DNA of 64,000 nt from Clostridiaceae bacterium (GTDB lineage: Bacteria > Bacillota > Clostridia > Saccharofermentanales > DTU023), in assembly GCA_012838355.1 (NCBI GenBank), contig DUPJ01000092.1:4119-68118 (forward strand), written 5' to 3'. The notes under the pieces are model-generated. The model did no database searches. It was not told the DNA's origin and worked only from the letters and a program-made list of their open reading frames with translations. The first letter of the stretch is position 1. Every line of letters starts with the position of its first letter. Below, piece by piece: positions 8,658-17,933 of the stretch. The translations under genes were made by a program, and so were the position numbers.

Positions 8658-10963
8658 TCGATTTGCTGCCCGTCCAGTTGCATGAACGGGTTGAAGTAAT
8701 CAAGCAGACATGGCAGGCGTACTCCGGTGAAAGGGACGCCTCCCTGATTCAGCGTGCCTTTGAATTCGCTTTGGAAGCCCATAAAGACCAGAAGCGTGCC
8801 ACCGGCGAGCCGTATATCATCCATCCCGTTGCGGCAGCCGAAATTCTGATCGAGCTGGAAGTCGATGAAGAGACGATCGCCGCGGCGTTTCTGCATGACG
8901 TGGTTGAAGATACCGGTGTCAGTCTGGATGATCTCGAGAAACAGTTCGGCAGGGAGATTGCCGATCTGGTCAACGGCGTCACGAAGCTGTCAAAACTTGC
9001 CTATTCATCGCTGGAGGAAATGCAGGCGGAAAATTTCCGCAAGATGTTCCTTGCGATGGCGAAGGATATCCGCGTCGTGCTGATCAAGCTGGCGGACCGT
9101 TTGCACAATATGCGCACGATGAAGCACAAAGCGCTGGAGCGGCAGCAGGCGACAGCCAGGGAAACGCTTGATATTTATGCGCCTCTGGCCCATCGGCTCG
9201 GCATCTATAAAATCAAGTGGGAACTGGAGGATCTCTGTCTCCGCTACATCGATCCCGATGCATATTACGAGCTGGTCGGATCGATCGCCCAAAAACGATC
9301 GGAGCGCGAACAGTTTCTCACAGAAATTGTGAGTGAACTGAACAGGCGCATTTCTGAAATGGGCATCGATGCCGAGATCGAGGGAAGGCCGAAACACTTC
9401 TACAGCATCTACCGCAAAATGAAGGCGCAGGACAAATCGCTGGATGAGATCTACGATTTGTTTGCCACCCGCATTATTGTGCCGACTGTCAGCGACTGTT
9501 ATTCCGTGCTCGGCATCGTCCATCAGATTTACAAAATGCTGCCCGGCCGGTTCAAGGATTACATTGGCACACCGAAGTCCAATATGTACCAGTCCATACA
9601 TACGACGGTGCTCGGACCGCAGGGCATCCCCTTCGAAGTACAGATCCGGACGAGGGATATGCACCGCACGGCCGAATACGGCATTGCCGCGCACTGGCGT
9701 TATAAAGAAGGGCACACGTCCCGCAAGGTCGATCCGACGGAGGCCAAGCTGACCTGGCTGAGACAGCTGATGGAATGGGAAAGCGACATGCAGGATGCCG
9801 GCGAGTTCATGGATTCGCTGCGCAATGTCCTGGTTGCAGACGAGGTTTTTGTCTTCACGCCGAAAGGTGAAGTCAAATCGCTCTCAGCGGGCGCCGGTCC
9901 GATCGATTTTGCCTATCACATTCACAGCGGTGTCGGCAACTCCATGTACGGTGCGCGTGTGAACGGCCGCATGGTGCCGCTGACCTACAAGCTGCAAAAC
10001 GGTGACATCGTCGAAATACTGACGTCCGATAAGGTGCACGGCCCGAGCCGCGACTGGCTCTCGATTGTGACCTCAAATACGGCCAAAAACAAAATATCCG
10101 CCTGGTTCAAGCGCGAAATGCGCGCCGAGAATATTGAACGCGGCAAGGAGATCATCGACAGGGAAATCAAGAAGATCGGATTTCAGCCGAGCCAGCTGGT
10201 CAAGAAAGAATTTTATCAGCAGCTCCTCACGCGCTATTCCCTGCATGCACTCGATGACCTTTACGCCGGCGTCGGGTATGGCGGTCTTTCGGCCGGGCGC
10301 ATCGTGCCGAAACTGCGTGACGATTACATCAAGTCACTGCCGGAAGAGGAGAGGACGAAGCTCGGCTATCGCGTGAACAAACTTGGCAATGTCATCTTCT
10401 CACCGCAATCCATGCTGAGTGAAGAGACGCTTGCCCAGCCGGTCAAGGTACCGAGCAAAACGGAACGGAAAAAGCAGGCTTCGAAATCAGTCGGGGTTAA
10501 GGTTCACGGTATTGACAACGTTCTGATCAAGCTGTCGCGCTGCTGTTCGCCCGTACCGGGCGACAGTATCATCGGATATGTTACGCGAGGCGTCGGAGTC
10601 ACCGTGCATCGCACCGACTGCTCAAATGTGCGCCATCTCCTCGAAGCGTTCGACCGGTCGCCTGTCGATGCTGAACGTGCCTCGCGCCTGATTGACGTGG
10701 AGTGGGAGGACCAGGCGGACAGCGGGACATATCCGGTTGATCTGCTCGTGATTGCGCGTGACCGGAAGAATCTCTTAACCGAAGTGTCTCATGCCATTTC
10801 CGAAGAACAGATTCGTATCCTGCAGGCAAATATGCGTTCCGCCAAAGACATCTCCGCACACATGCAGATAACGGTGGAAGTTCAGAATCAGGAGCAGTGC
10901 GACCGGCTGGTCGGGCGGATCAAGGCGATCCGAAGCGTCGTCGACGTGACCCGCTCGCATTGA
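8642..10963 (+). CDS. relA: Bifunctional (p)ppGpp synthetase/hydrolase (RelA/SpoT homologue, Rel)
   Basis: HD hydrolase motif HDVVEDT, a synthetase region (YRKMK...MYQSIHTTV...QIRT), and TGS and C-terminal ACT-like regions are present. Size is 773 aa. It overlaps the recJ stop by 16 nt. Confidence 0.95.
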   Translation: MAETVIDLLPVQLHERVEVIKQTWQAYSGERDASLIQRAFEFALEAHKDQKRATGEPYIIHPVAAAEILIELEVDEETIAAAFLHDVVEDTGVSLDDLEKQFGREIADLVNGVTKLSKLAYSSLEEMQAENFRKMFLAMAKDIRVVLIKLADRLHNMRTMKHKALERQQATARETLDIYAPLAHRLGIYKIKWELEDLCLRYIDPDAYYELVGSIAQKRSEREQFLTEIVSELNRRISEMGIDAEIEGRPKHFYSIYRKMKAQDKSLDEIYDLFATRIIVPTVSDCYSVLGIVHQIYKMLPGRFKDYIGTPKSNMYQSIHTTVLGPQGIPFEVQIRTRDMHRTAEYGIAAHWRYKEGHTSRKVDPTEAKLTWLRQLMEWESDMQDAGEFMDSLRNVLVADEVFVFTPKGEVKSLSAGAGPIDFAYHIHSGVGNSMYGARVNGRMVPLTYKLQNGDIVEILTSDKVHGPSRDWLSIVTSNTAKNKISAWFKREMRAENIERGKEIIDREIKKIGFQPSQLVKKEFYQQLLTRYSLHALDDLYAGVGYGGLSAGRIVPKLRDDYIKSLPEEERTKLGYRVNKLGNVIFSPQSMLSEETLAQPVKVPSKTERKKQASKSVGVKVHGIDNVLIKLSRCCSPVPGDSIIGYVTRGVGVTVHRTDCSNVRHLLEAFDRSPVDAERASRLIDVEWEDQADSGTYPVDLLVIARDRKNLLTEVSHAISEEQIRILQANMRSAKDISAHMQITVEVQNQEQCDRLVGRIKAIRSVVDVTRSH

Positions 10964-10970
10964 CGGTGCT

Positions 10971-12653
10971 TTACAGTTCGATTACGGACACCAGAATCAT
11001 CGGACGGCGTCTCGTTCGCTCAAAGAGCAGTTTCTGCAGCGAAGAACTGAGTTCATTGCCCCGCAATGCTGCGGTCAGCGGGCGATTCTGCTGCTTTGCC
11101 TTGGCCGCCACCTGATTGATGCGTTCGAGACAGTTTTTTGTCACATCCTTGATTTCACTCTCATAGATGAATCCCCGCGCCATGATTTGCGGTGTCGCCG
11201 CTATGCTGTTTTGTTTTTTGTTGACCGCAATTACAGCAACGACAACACCGTCGTCAGCCAGCAGGCGGCGGTCGCTCAGAACCGATTCGTCAACGTCACC
11301 CATGCCGGAGCCGTCGATGGGGATGCCCTGGCCGGATGTATATCCGCTCAGGACGAGTGATTCCTGGTCGATCATGAGGATGTCGCCGTTATTCAGAATG
11401 GTCGTCTTTTCAGGATCAACGCCCATGGCGACTGCAATGTCAGCGTGCTGCTTCAAATGCCGGTATTCGCCGTGTGCAGGTATGAAGAAGCGGGGTTTCG
11501 TCAATGCGATGATCAGCTTCAGTTCCTCGCGATAAGCATGTCCCGATACGTGAACATCGGCGAGCGAGCGGTAGATGACGTGGGCACCGCGCTTGAACAG
11601 TTCATTGATCACGCGGTAGATCTGCGTCTCGTTGCCCGGGATCATGCTGGAAGAAAAGATGACCGTGTCGTGTTCGTGAATCTCGAGCTGGCGGTGGGAC
11701 GCGAAGGCGATCCTCGTCAGCGCCGACATCGGCTCTCCCTGACTGCCCGTTGTGATGTAGACAACCTGGTCGTCTTTCAGCTGCTCTGCCTCATCCAATT
11801 CCTTGATTGTGCCCGGCGCCATGTCGAGGTAACCGAGACTGTCAGCCGCCTTGAATACGTTCAGCACGCTGCGGCCGACCAGCACCACCTTGCGGCTGTT
11901 GGCTTCAGCGGCCGAGATAATTTGCTGGAGACGATATACATTGGAGGAAAAAGTGGCCACAAAGATGCGCCCCTTGCATTCGGCAAAGAGCTGGTTGAAC
12001 GTATCGCCGACAGAGCGTTCGGACTGCGTATATCCGGGGATCTCGACGTTTGTGCTTTCAGAAAAGAGGGCCAGGACACCTTTTGTACCATAATAGGCAA
12101 ATCGGTCGAGTCCGATCTGTTCACCGTGAATCGGCGTGTGGTCGATTTTGAAGTCGCCTGTATGGATGACCGGCCCGAGCGGCGTGTCGATCGCCAGAGC
12201 GTTGGCGTCCGCGATGCTGTGGTTGACCGGAATAAACTCGATCGAAAACGGGCCGATGCCGACCTTCATGCCGGCTGTCACGAGACGCAGATCGGCATTC
12301 TTTACATGCGTTCCGCGGTCCTGCAGTTTCAGTTCAACCAGTTTCAGTGTCAATCGGTTGCCATAGACGGGGACCTGAAATTCGCGCAGCAGCCAGGGCA
12401 GAGCGCCGATATGGTCTTCATGTCCATGAGTCAGAAAGACCGCTTTGAATTTGGCCTGGTTTTCTCTCAGATAGGTGAAGTCCGGAATAATGATGTCTAC
12501 GCCCGGCATGTCTTCTTCCGGGAATGCAATCCCGCAGTCGACCACGATCATGGTATTGTCGTATTCATAAACGGTGAGGTTCTTTCCCACTTCGCGCATG
12601 CCGCCAAGGGGAGTGATTTTTAGTTTGCCGGTATCGGCCTTTTGTTTTTTCAT
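10971..12653 (-). CDS. rnj: Ribonuclease J (metallo-beta-lactamase / beta-CASP RNase)
   Basis: KLKITPLGGMREVGKNLTVYEY and the HxHxDH motif FLTHGHEDHIGALP are present. Start is placed at ATG 12653 (MKKQKADTGK, AAGGA SD 6 nt upstream). The 66 upstream in-frame codons of the tracked ORF look non-coding. Confidence 0.9.
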   Translation of the reverse strand: MKKQKADTGKLKITPLGGMREVGKNLTVYEYDNTMIVVDCGIAFPEEDMPGVDIIIPDFTYLRENQAKFKAVFLTHGHEDHIGALPWLLREFQVPVYGNRLTLKLVELKLQDRGTHVKNADLRLVTAGMKVGIGPFSIEFIPVNHSIADANALAIDTPLGPVIHTGDFKIDHTPIHGEQIGLDRFAYYGTKGVLALFSESTNVEIPGYTQSERSVGDTFNQLFAECKGRIFVATFSSNVYRLQQIISAAEANSRKVVLVGRSVLNVFKAADSLGYLDMAPGTIKELDEAEQLKDDQVVYITTGSQGEPMSALTRIAFASHRQLEIHEHDTVIFSSSMIPGNETQIYRVINELFKRGAHVIYRSLADVHVSGHAYREELKLIIALTKPRFFIPAHGEYRHLKQHADIAVAMGVDPEKTTILNNGDILMIDQESLVLSGYTSGQGIPIDGSGMGDVDESVLSDRRLLADDGVVVAVIAVNKKQNSIAATPQIMARGFIYESEIKDVTKNCLERINQVAAKAKQQNRPLTAALRGNELSSSLQKLLFERTRRRPMILVSVIEL

Positions 12654-12750
12654 GTAGATCCTTGCACGCGTACTTGACGCAGTTTTCTTCGCTTCGGCTG
12701 CGCGGAGGCAGCACACAGGTGTACACATTCTATCAGGAAAAGGGCATTGC

Positions 12751-12820
12751 GACGGCATGCTTTTCTGCCCGTCATTCGTTTTGGCCGGGCGGGCGATGCG
12801 GCTGCTGCCCGCACACGGCC
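12751..12820 (-). promoter_or_regulatory. Two stable tandem hairpins in the region upstream of rnj
   Basis: Hairpin 1 (12751-12773) is GACGGCA...TGCCCGTC, 7 bp with one bulge. Hairpin 2 (12783-12820) stacks GGCCG/CGGCC on GCGGGC/GCCCGC, about 11 bp. Neither is followed by a U-tract on either strand. Confidence 0.4.
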
Positions 12821-12935
12821 TGAATTCATGCATGTTTATGCTGCAAAGCAAAGTGCAGTCATGTCGTGCAATCTTTCATCAGGCCAGAAGTGAGCACCAT
12901 TATCCACTGTGACATGCCGTTATCCAGACACATGA

Positions 12936-12965
12936 ATATTAATTATTGCGGTTAACTATTGTAAA
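12936..12965 (-). promoter_or_regulatory. Candidate distal sigma-A promoter reading toward rnj (TTTACA-18-TAATAT)
   Basis: On the minus strand, -35 TTTACA lies at 12965-12960 and -10 TAATAT at 12941-12936, with an 18-nt spacer. This would give a ~290-nt leader. A second, proximal extended -10 (TGaTAGAAT, 12735-12727, minus strand) is also present. Confidence 0.35.
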
Positions 12966-13104
12966 GCCAAAAAATGTGTTGTAATCTGTGCGCAAATTTT
13001 ATGCGCATCATGCCACGTACTGGTGGGCGGCTTCGCGACGGTTACCGTCGCGTCCGTGCTTGTAGCCGGCATTTTCGTGAACCTTTTGTAGACGGGAGTT
13101 TGAG

Positions 13105-14502
13105 ATGAAAGCAAATCTGCTTGAATGGATCGACAATAACCGCGTTTTGTTCGGCAGCATGGCCAAAGCAATTTGGGACAATCCGCAGATCGGATTTGAG
13201 GAAACGATTGCCAGTCAGCTGCACCGCGACGCCGCAGCAAAGGCGGGGTTTCGGATCAGCGACGTCGATGGCATGCCGACTGCATTCGTCGCCGAATGCG
13301 GCAGCGGCAAACCGGTCCTGGGGCTGCTTGGAGAATTTGATGCGCTGGCCCAGATGTCGCAGGTCGTAAGCGGCGAACCGAAACCGGTCAAGGCCGGTGC
13401 GCCCGGGCACGGCTGCGGTCATAATCTGCTCGGCGTTGCGTCGCTCACGGCTGCGATTGCGCTGAAGGAAGCACTCGATAAGGGAGAAATACAGGGCACG
13501 CTGCGCTACTACGCGTGTCCGGCAGAGGAAATGCTGAGCGGCAAGGTGCGGATGGCCGAGCAGGGCGTTTTTGACGATCTCGATGCCTGTCTCGCGTGGC
13601 ACCCCTCGTCAGTCAATATGCCCTGGGCTGGGAGCCTGCTATCGCTCTGTTCAGCGGAGTTCTCGTTTAAGGGATTGTCTGCGCACGCCGGTGCGGCACC
13701 GCACATGGGCAGAAGTGCTTTGGACGCCGTTGAACTGATGGACATCGGAGCAAATTTCATGCGCGAACACGTGCACGAGTCGTCCCGCATCCACTACATT
13801 ATCACAAAGGGCGGCAAGCAGCCGAATACGGTGCCGGATGAGGCATCGGTCTGGTACAACCTGCGGGCACCCGGTTCGGAAGGACTTCTCGACAACTGCA
13901 GATGGCTGACCGAGATTGCGCGCGGTGCTGCCATGATGACGCAGACGACGCTTCTGCCGATCGATTTCAAGTCAGGCGTATACGAAGTGCTCTCGAATCA
14001 GACGCTTGTTTCCCTGATCGAGCAGAACATGCGTTATTGCGGTCCGCCCGTCTATTCTGAGGCGGATCACAAACTGGCCGCGAAGATCACGGCAAGCATG
14101 CCGCCGGCAGCCAAGCAAAAAGGCATGGATGCGGGATTCATCCCGCACCGGCTGAAGGACCTGTATCTGCATGAGGACATTCTCAGCCCCACCGATGAGG
14201 GTAAGTCGCAGTCGGCGTCGACCGATGCCGGTGACGTCAGTCAGATCGCGCCGTTTGCACAATTCGGCGCCTGCACCTGGCCAATCGGGGTGAATCCTCA
14301 TACGTGGCAGGCCACGGCATCTGCCGGTTCCGGTATCGGCACGACGGGCATGCTGTTCGCGGCAAAAACGCTGGCTTGTTCGCTCTATGACTTGTTCTCA
14401 ATGCCTGAAGTGCTGGACAAGGCCAAAGTCGAGTTTTTTGAAGTGACGGGCGGCGCCAGATATGTCAGCGTGATGGAAAGGGTAAAAGGACTCGATGGGT
14501 AA
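13105..14502 (+). CDS. M20-family amidohydrolase, AbgB-like (p-aminobenzoyl-glutamate hydrolase subunit B family)
   Basis: Collinear with E. coli AbgB as I recall it: IWDNPQIGFEE, GLLGEFDALA, GHGCGHNLLG, EEMLSGKVRMAEQGVFDDLDACLAWHP and GRSALDAVELM. GGGAG SD lies upstream of the ATG. Confidence 0.8.
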   Translation: MKANLLEWIDNNRVLFGSMAKAIWDNPQIGFEETIASQLHRDAAAKAGFRISDVDGMPTAFVAECGSGKPVLGLLGEFDALAQMSQVVSGEPKPVKAGAPGHGCGHNLLGVASLTAAIALKEALDKGEIQGTLRYYACPAEEMLSGKVRMAEQGVFDDLDACLAWHPSSVNMPWAGSLLSLCSAEFSFKGLSAHAGAAPHMGRSALDAVELMDIGANFMREHVHESSRIHYIITKGGKQPNTVPDEASVWYNLRAPGSEGLLDNCRWLTEIARGAAMMTQTTLLPIDFKSGVYEVLSNQTLVSLIEQNMRYCGPPVYSEADHKLAAKITASMPPAAKQKGMDAGFIPHRLKDLYLHEDILSPTDEGKSQSASTDAGDVSQIAPFAQFGACTWPIGVNPHTWQATASAGSGIGTTGMLFAAKTLACSLYDLFSMPEVLDKAKVEFFEVTGGARYVSVMERVKGLDG

Positions 14503-14600
14503 TCGCGTTCCATCGCGTGCATAGTGTGCGCCGATGCCGGTGAGATGTGAGACCCGCATTGTGCGCATCCTTTTCGGCAATCGACAGCTTAAAGTGGATC

Positions 14601-14629
14601 TTGCGATGCAAAAAGCATCGTGCTATAGT
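14601..14629 (+). promoter_or_regulatory. Sigma-A promoter for the permease leader (TTGCGA-17-TATAGT, TGc extended -10)
   Basis: -35 TTGCGA at 14601-14606, a 17-nt spacer, and -10 TATAGT at 14624-14629 preceded by TGc. Confidence 0.55.
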
Positions 14630-14639
14630 TCGAACAGCA

Positions 14640-14740
14640 AATATTTTTAAGCCGGTGCAGAGACGCTGGCAAGGTATTGCCCCAAGTGAATTTTTGGTAA
14701 ACGGGTGAGATCTTGTCGCAGCGGCAAGATCTTTTTTGTT
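14640..14740 (+). promoter_or_regulatory. PyrR-type transcription attenuator (binding hairpin plus intrinsic terminator)
   Basis: UUUAAGCCGGUGCAGAGACGCUGGCAAGG (14645-14673) resembles the PyrR binding loop of Bacillus pyr leaders (..AGUCCAGAGAGGCUGAGAAGG.., recalled from memory). A terminator follows: AGATCTTG...CAAGATCT plus T6 (14708-14737). It ends 25 nt before the permease ATG. Confidence 0.55.
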
Positions 14741-14762
14741 GCCGGGAGAAAGAGGAGACTGT

Positions 14763-16148
14763 ATGAAATCAGAACGTTACGCCCACGGCTATTTGCCGGA
14801 CGAAACACCGCCGCTCGGAAAGCTGATCCTGTATGCAATCCAGCAGGTTATCGTCATGTTTCCTGCGACGGTCACCGTCGCCCTGATCACGAATTTCCAC
14901 ATTTCAACCACGATTTTTGCAAGCGGCCTTGCCACGATCTGCTTTATTCTCGTCACGCGGGGCAAACTGCCGCTTTATTACGGCTCCAGCTTTTCCTACA
15001 TCGCGGCTATCGCGGGTCTGATGGGATCCGAGTTTCTGGCCGGCGCCAGTTTGAACGACAAGATCGCCCACGCTCAGTTCGGTATTGTCATGAGCGGTCT
15101 TATCTCGATTGCAGCAGGCATTATCGTCGCGCGATTCGGCCGCGACTCAATCGAAAAGATTCTGCCGGCGACCATTACTGGACCGATAGCTGCCGTCATT
15201 GGTCTCACACTGGCCGGTACGGCGCTGACGGACGCAGGTACGATAACAAATGCCGCCGGCATCGCGGAACCGTCCGGGTATGCCTGGGCAATTTCTCTGG
15301 TTACACTGCTTGCGACCATTTTGTTCTCTGTCTATCTGAAAGGTTTTTGGGGACAGCTTCCGCTCCTGTTCGGCCCGCTTGTCGGTGTCGCCTTTGCCTT
15401 CATTCTCAAGTTTGTATTTGATGTTGATCTGTTCAAAGTACTGCCGGAGAGCGCGAGTCAGGCGACGTTTGCCGTCCCGATATTCACCTTGCCAAAACCG
15501 TCCTGGGCAGCAGTGGCTGCGCTCATGCCGATCGCACTGGCGACTATCCCTGAATCGACAGCGCACGTCTTCCAGCTGGATGTTTACGTGAATGATCTGG
15601 CGAAGAAGAAGGGATCAAAGAAGCGCTACAATATCGCCGATAAGCTTGGTCTGAACCTGATCGGCGACGGAATCGGCGACATCGTAGCCGGTGCTGTAGG
15701 CGGTCCAGCCGGTACGAACTACGGTGAAAACATCTCCGCCATGGCCATCACAAAAGTATTCTCAATCCCCGTGCTGGTCGGCGCCGCCATTCTCGCCATG
15801 ATCCTCTCTTTCTTTTCGCCCCTGATCAACGCGATCTACGGCATTCCGCAGGCCGTTATCGGTGGTTTGGAAATCTATCTGTTTGGCGCCATTGCCGCTC
15901 AGGGCATTGCCATCATGATCGATCGGCAAGTCGATATGTTTTCCTCAAAAAATATCGCCGTCATCGCCTCCGTCTGTGTCATCGGCATCGGCGGCCACTA
16001 CGCCTTCAACGGTGCCATTCCGTTTTTCGGTATTCAGGTTCCGGCTATTGCGGGTGCTGCCATCTTCGGCATTCTGCTGAACCTTCTGCTTTCCATCGGC
16101 CCAAAACAGGATGTGACAGTCAGCGATACTGACCCGGCAGGTGAGTAA
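14763..16148 (+). CDS. pyrP: NCS2-family nucleobase permease, probably uracil permease
   Basis: Polytopic ORF of about 460 aa with uracil/xanthine-permease-like sequence. GAGGAG SD lies upstream of ATG 14763. The substrate assignment rests on the upstream PyrR-like attenuator. Confidence 0.75.
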   Translation: MKSERYAHGYLPDETPPLGKLILYAIQQVIVMFPATVTVALITNFHISTTIFASGLATICFILVTRGKLPLYYGSSFSYIAAIAGLMGSEFLAGASLNDKIAHAQFGIVMSGLISIAAGIIVARFGRDSIEKILPATITGPIAAVIGLTLAGTALTDAGTITNAAGIAEPSGYAWAISLVTLLATILFSVYLKGFWGQLPLLFGPLVGVAFAFILKFVFDVDLFKVLPESASQATFAVPIFTLPKPSWAAVAALMPIALATIPESTAHVFQLDVYVNDLAKKKGSKKRYNIADKLGLNLIGDGIGDIVAGAVGGPAGTNYGENISAMAITKVFSIPVLVGAAILAMILSFFSPLINAIYGIPQAVIGGLEIYLFGAIAAQGIAIMIDRQVDMFSSKNIAVIASVCVIGIGGHYAFNGAIPFFGIQVPAIAGAAIFGILLNLLLSIGPKQDVTVSDTDPAGE

Positions 16149-16203
16149 AACGGATTGGCGGACTATGAAGTTCGCGATTTAAAATGAAAGTGTAAGATTA
16201 AGC

Positions 16204-16234
16204 AAAAACTGCGCCGGTGCGCAGTTTTTGCTTT
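16204..16234. terminator. Bidirectional intrinsic terminator between the convergent permease and ggt genes
   Basis: AAAAACTGCGC-cggt-GCGCAGTTTTT is a perfect stem flanked by an A-tract and a T-tract. Confidence 0.8.
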
Positions 16235-16292
16235 CCAGACCAGAATATTTTTCAATCTTTGTTTCAATTTGGGGAAAGTTGACATTATTTGT

Positions 16293-17870
16293 TCAGAAGG
16301 CTGCCACCAGCGAATCGGTCCGCGGTTCGCACGCCCCTTCGAGTCGGCCGTCTTCATATCGATAAATAATCTGGCCGCGTCCGAAGGAAGCTTCGTCTTC
16401 CGATATTTCAATTTCATGGCCGCGCCGGCGCAGGTCGGCCAGAAGGTTGGCATCGAACTCCGGTTCCACGAGCAGTCGGTTGCCGCCGATCCACTGCCAG
16501 CGCGGGCGGTCCAGTGCTGACTGGGGATTGAGTTTGTCCTCAATCTGACTGAGCAGGACCTGCAAATGTCCCTGCGGCTGCATGAATCCGCCCATCACGC
16601 CGAACGGACCGCGGAATTCGCCTTTCTTTTCGATGAATCCGGGGATGATCGTATGGTAGGGCCTTTTGCCGGGAGCAAGCACATTCGCGGACGTCTCATC
16701 CAGCGAAAAATTGCAGGCTCGGTTGTTCAGAGCGATGCCGTACTCCGGAATGACGACGCCGGAGCCAAATCCCATATAGTTGCTTTGGATCAGGGAAACC
16801 ATGTTGCCGTCTCCGTCTGCCGCGGCCAGATAGACAGTGTCGTTGCCGAGCAGATCGGTCGTTTCCGGCGCAACGGCGCGTTCGTTCACCGCGTGCGCCG
16901 CGCGTACCGGATAGTCGTTCAGCAGTACAGCCACGGTCTGGCGCATGTGCTCTGTGTCAGCGACATGCAGACCGGCGTGATGGAGCGCCTGCTTCAGTGC
17001 CTCGATCGCATAATGGCAGGTATAGCCTTTTGCTGCCAGTGTTCGAAGCGCCATCAGAACGGCAATGCCCTGACCGCTTGGCGGGATCTCGTATATTGTA
17101 TGACCTTTATACTCTGCAGAAATTGGCGTGACCCACTCCGGTTCGAATGCCGCGAGATCCGGCAGGTCAAGCCAGCCATGGTTTGTTTGGCAAAACGATG
17201 CGATAGCGTCCGCAATCGGCCCGCGATAGAAGGCTTCGCCGTCCGTTTCGGCAATGGCCTCCAGCGCTCTGGCGTGGCCGCTTAAAACCATGCGATCGCC
17301 AGGTCGATAGGGAGACTTTTGGCCAAATACCTGAAACCACGTCTCCAGTTCCGGAAACGCCTTCAGCTGCGGCTCGTAAATGTCGCGAGCCCGATTGATG
17401 TGATCCGCAACCGCCGGCTGAAGTGCATATCCGTCTGCAGCTGCGCGCATCGCCGGTATGGCTAAATTTTTCAGAGGCAGCCTGGCAAAACGCCTGGCAA
17501 GTGCGGCAATGCCCGCGATCTGTCCCGGCACGTTGATCGGGAGAACGCCGAAGCGCGGCAGCTCGCTCATGCCGAGACCGCGCAAGGCCGGCAGACTCAT
17601 CGCAGCAGGCGAGGGTCCGTGGGATGACAGTCCATAGTATCGGCCGTCAAAATAGACGATGGCAAACAAATCACCGCCGAGGCCATTTGCCGTCGGCTCG
17701 GTGACCGTCAGCATCAGCGCTGCTGCGATGGCCGCATCGACGGCATTTCCGCCGGCTTTCAGGATGTCAAGTCCGGCATCGGCCGCCGTGATGTTGCCGG
17801 TCGCCACCATGCCGTTTCGGCCGTAAACGAGATGGCGTTTTGAAGGATAGGGATAACTGGCATTCAGCAT
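16293..17870 (-). CDS. ggt: Gamma-glutamyltransferase family protein (no signal peptide, YwrD-like)
   Basis: 525 aa. N-terminus is GRNGMVATGNITAADAGLDILKAGGNAVDAAIAAA. The autoprocessing Thr context is GNDTVYLAAAD. PYHTIIPGF and GVMGG motifs are present. No N-terminal hydrophobic signal is visible. Confidence 0.85.
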   Translation of the reverse strand: MLNASYPYPSKRHLVYGRNGMVATGNITAADAGLDILKAGGNAVDAAIAAALMLTVTEPTANGLGGDLFAIVYFDGRYYGLSSHGPSPAAMSLPALRGLGMSELPRFGVLPINVPGQIAGIAALARRFARLPLKNLAIPAMRAAADGYALQPAVADHINRARDIYEPQLKAFPELETWFQVFGQKSPYRPGDRMVLSGHARALEAIAETDGEAFYRGPIADAIASFCQTNHGWLDLPDLAAFEPEWVTPISAEYKGHTIYEIPPSGQGIAVLMALRTLAAKGYTCHYAIEALKQALHHAGLHVADTEHMRQTVAVLLNDYPVRAAHAVNERAVAPETTDLLGNDTVYLAAADGDGNMVSLIQSNYMGFGSGVVIPEYGIALNNRACNFSLDETSANVLAPGKRPYHTIIPGFIEKKGEFRGPFGVMGGFMQPQGHLQVLLSQIEDKLNPQSALDRPRWQWIGGNRLLVEPEFDANLLADLRRRGHEIEISEDEASFGRGQIIYRYEDGRLEGACEPRTDSLVAAF

Positions 17871-17933
17871 TAGATTACCTGCCTGTTGTTTTTCTTATTG
17901 TAGCAGGGCATGTGCGTTCCCAGATACGGCCGC

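Noticed and set aside
11445-12623. A 392-aa ORF on the plus strand, antisense to rnj.
   Set aside because: Same reasoning. It is the mirror frame of a well-supported RNase J gene, with no SD or start context and no family resemblance.
12654-12851. A 66-codon N-terminal extension of the RNase J ORF (tracked start at 12851).
   Set aside because: The extension is Cys/Arg/Pro-rich and unlike RNase J N-termini. The conserved protein begins at MKKQKADTGKLKITPLGG, where a proper SD is present.
14705-15421. A 238-aa ORF in an alternative plus-strand frame, overlapping the start of the permease gene.
   Set aside because: It begins inside the attenuator terminator. It is Arg-rich with no hydrophobic pattern. 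The permease frame is clearly the real one.
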